Below, piece by piece: positions 61,077 to 64,000 of a stretch of 64,000 nt of DNA (positions are counted from its first letter, which is position 1; every line of letters begins with the position of its first letter). Source of the stretch: Eledone cirrhosa (lineage: Eukaryota); the NCBI GenBank assembly GCA_964016885.1, contig OZ024750.1:35960001-36024000 (forward strand), given 5' to 3'. The notes under the pieces were generated by a model. That model ran no database searches and was not told the origin of the DNA. It saw nothing but the letters and a program-made list of their open reading frames with translations. Both the position numbers and the translations under genes were made by a program.

Positions 61077-61694
61077 GTTATTGTTATTATTATTATTGTT
61101 ATTATTGTTACTGTTATTACATATAAAATAGAAATTACTAAGTGTTAAAATAAAGAACAGCTGGGAACTATTTTAATGATATGGTTTAGCAGTAGAATCG
61201 TTTGAGGATGAGGGGGAGGAAGGAGAGGAGGAGGAAGAGAAATAGTAGGAGAGCAGCAAGTGGGTAAAACTGGTCGATGAAGAGAAACTGGAGGGTGAGG
61301 AGGTAGAGCAGCAATGTTGAGGGGATAAAAAGAAGGGGAGGAGGAGAGAGTGAGATAGAGAAAGGTGTGGTAAATGGGAAAGTCTAGAGAAAGATATATT
61401 TATTATTATATATTAACGATTATTCAGTTCAGAGCATCTAATTTATTGGTCAAATTTAAAATATGGTAAAACACATCATTTTCGATTTTTAGGATTTTAT
61501 GAATTAGAAAAAAATGCAGAAAAAAAAAAGATTTACGTTTTGTTTTTGAAGTCCATAACCAGATTCTGCCTCATAACAACTGAAAGAATTGTATATATGT
61601 AATCCATCTCTCGGACTTTGTAAATGTATATTTATATGTGTTTATAAACACATATTCATATACACACACATGCACACACACACCTTTATATACG

Positions 61695-62105
61695 TTACCT
61701 ACATTTGAAAAATGTGTCTATCACTGCGACTTCTACTGTCAAATTTCCCTGTACATCTACTGCATATATAGTTTTCCCTACCTGTTAGTTTGCCTGCTAT
61801 CCCACTACATCTCTTGTGTATCCAAGACCTGCATTGTGTACATTTTATAGAGTTTATGCCAACTCCTTTTCTACATATCAAGCATGGCCATTTCCCTGAT
61901 GGAATCATAGTTTTGTCCTCTTTCCTACTTATCAACACTTTTGTCTTAGCTAGGTTTCCACTGCTGTTTCCATAGCTGGAATTTATTCTGTAGCTCCTCT
62001 ACTGATTTTGCTATAAGTACCAGATCGTCAGCATAAAGAAATTCTCATGGGCAACCAGTCTTAAACTCCTCTGATATGGCTTGGGGGACTATAATGAATA
62101 AGAGT
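61695..62105 (-). mobile_element. RTE RT fragment with a Cys-rich (PHD-like) insert
   Basis: LLFIIVPQAISEEFKTGCP, LYADDLVLIA, GKWPCLICRKGVGINSIKCTQCRSWIHKRCSGI...CSRC. Confidence 0.8.
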
Positions 62106-62179
62106 GTGCTGATAGAAACAGACATTGTATATGTATAGTCGACCTCCTGTACTTTGTAAATGTACCAATTTATAAACAT

Positions 62180-62240
<61 letters not shown>

Positions 62241-62336
62241 TGTGTGTTTTTTCTTTCCTCATCTTTTTCCTCATTTTTCTCCATTCCTTCTTCTTATCAC
62301 TTTTTACTTTCTATTTGTCTTCTATTTCTAACTCTA

Positions 62337-62372
62337 TCTTTTGATGAAGGACTAGTATCCGAAACGCCAAGA
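62337..62372 (+). ncRNA. degenerate hammerhead-like motif
   Basis: TCTT-TTGATGA-A-GGA-CTAGTA-TCC-GAAA-CG-CC-AAGA. The core C and the cleavage-site U are mutated. Lies in a short insert between microsatellites. Confidence 0.45.
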
Positions 62373-64000
62373 TTCTCTTCCTGCTATTTCAAGCATTAAA
62401 CTAGTATATTTCTTCTGTGTACTGTGCTGTTTGTTTTGTTATTTCTGTTTACCTTTTACATACACACACACACACATATATATAATGCATTAGATAAATG
62501 TTTTCCAAAATCACATAAATACAGACAAATCGTTATCAACACCCGATTAAACTTTCTTACTCAACAACCAAAAGCATAGCCCAGTATATAACGAAGATTA
62601 ATAATAGAAATCTGGGAATTAAACATAAAGAGAAAACACACAATAACAATCATAAAAACACTGATAGAGTAAACAGCAACTCGAACAACAGACATAACAC
62701 CATTGACACAAATGAGACAAACCAACGGACACACAGACACAGAGAAGCAACAGTAACGAGAATAATTGCAATTGTAGAGACCATAACAGATGTTCTATGC
62801 AAAATAATTGTTTAGATAAAGGTATTGTTTATGAATGGAGAGTAACAATTTCCAAAGCAATCTTTTATGAAGAACAGTCAGATAAAAATTTACCTAATTT
62901 TTCTTCTTAGTCTGTAGAAATTAACTAGACAAATAATCATTTAAACGGAGCTAAGTTTAGAATGTAAGTTTGAAGAAATAATAGATAAATGTTACCAATA
63001 TTCCTCTAGTCCCAACTGTCGACAGTTTCACTTGTACCTTGTGGAAATGTCTAATTGTTGCATTATCCATGAGGCTCCGAGCTTTTCAAGAGACTCCCTC
63101 AGTTAGGACCGAAATTTCGAAAGTGATCGCCGTCAGTAATGAATTCAAAATGAGTGAAAATCATCATGTGGCTAACGGTCAAGATAGAATTGTTGTGAAG
63201 GGTAGGCTGGTGGCAAATAAGTTCATTGCTAGAAGAAGCAGTTAGTTACCACCTAAGGATTACTCAACCGTAAGGGAGTATAGGACAAAGCCATAAAGAC
63301 ATATATATATATATATATAAAACAGACACTGAAGCACTGATGGGATAAAGTTAATATAAAGAGTGATGTGCGTTTGTATGGAGACACTATAAAATAGCTT
63401 ATAAAGCAAGAATCTTCACCCCTACTTTATAAGCCATTTTATAGCATCTCTGCACGTGAGCACACTGCTTTTTATATTTACTGAAAGAAATTTTGATATG
63501 TTCAGATTATAATTTGTAATGTAACCTTTCCCATAACTATTGCTTACTAGCACTGGAGAACAACCAATATTATTTGTAGAAATAATTGAAAAAGTGTGTG
63601 AAGTAGCAAGGAGCAAGAAGTAGGCTTTTGAAATATAATATGTAAAAAAAGAAAGAATAACAATATAAAAACAGTCCCAGACAACTGGTGGTAACTTTCA
63701 TTGCCAAGAATAATACAGTTTGTTAGTTTGGATCAATTTGTATAGCAGGGGGAGAAGACAAATCTGTCTTTTTAGGATGTCCCATCAACTGAGAGAGAGA
63801 TTTCAAACACATGGACAGTTTTTAGAAGCCTCATATTTCTCCTCTCTCCACTGCATACAAACTTATTGAAAGTAACTTTGCTTTTGAAACATAAGCACTT
63901 TATTTTCTTTACTGCTAGTTGTCAATATGTGTGTTTAATGGTGGGAATATTCTTCTAAGTTTTATATATAAAAAAATCTATTATATTCAACAGAAGACTG

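Noticed and set aside
63010-63085. Minus-strand GAAACTGTCGACAGT palindrome resembling a hammerhead stem III
   Set aside because: There is no CUGANGA core at a suitable distance.

Overview
AT-rich eukaryotic (animal) DNA made almost entirely of transposable elements and simple repeats. The SINE, RTE-LINE and (TA)n content resembles an octopus or other cephalopod genome, but this is an inference. I found no convincing host protein-coding gene, and nearly all ORF-track entries are microsatellite translations or antisense shadows. Main contents: (1) one apparently intact, full-length L1/Tx1-clade non-LTR retrotransposon (4779-10392; ORF1 with CCHC knuckle, ORF2 APE-RT-zinc finger) inside a (TCTG)n microsatellite; (2) Penelope-like element (PLE) remains, including long near-perfect fold-back insertions in (TA)n tracts that carry minimal hammerhead-ribozyme motifs (about 13 HHR-like motifs of varying quality); (3) RTE LINE fragments, a CRE-clade LINE 3' end, a solo LTR, non-autonomous Helitrons, piggyBac-type MITEs and two tRNA-derived SINE groups; (4) tandem arrays whose units are amplified pieces of these elements (SINE A-box head x48, Helitron 3' end x~12, RTE coding segment x12). 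All family assignments come from reading motifs by eye; no database search was run.
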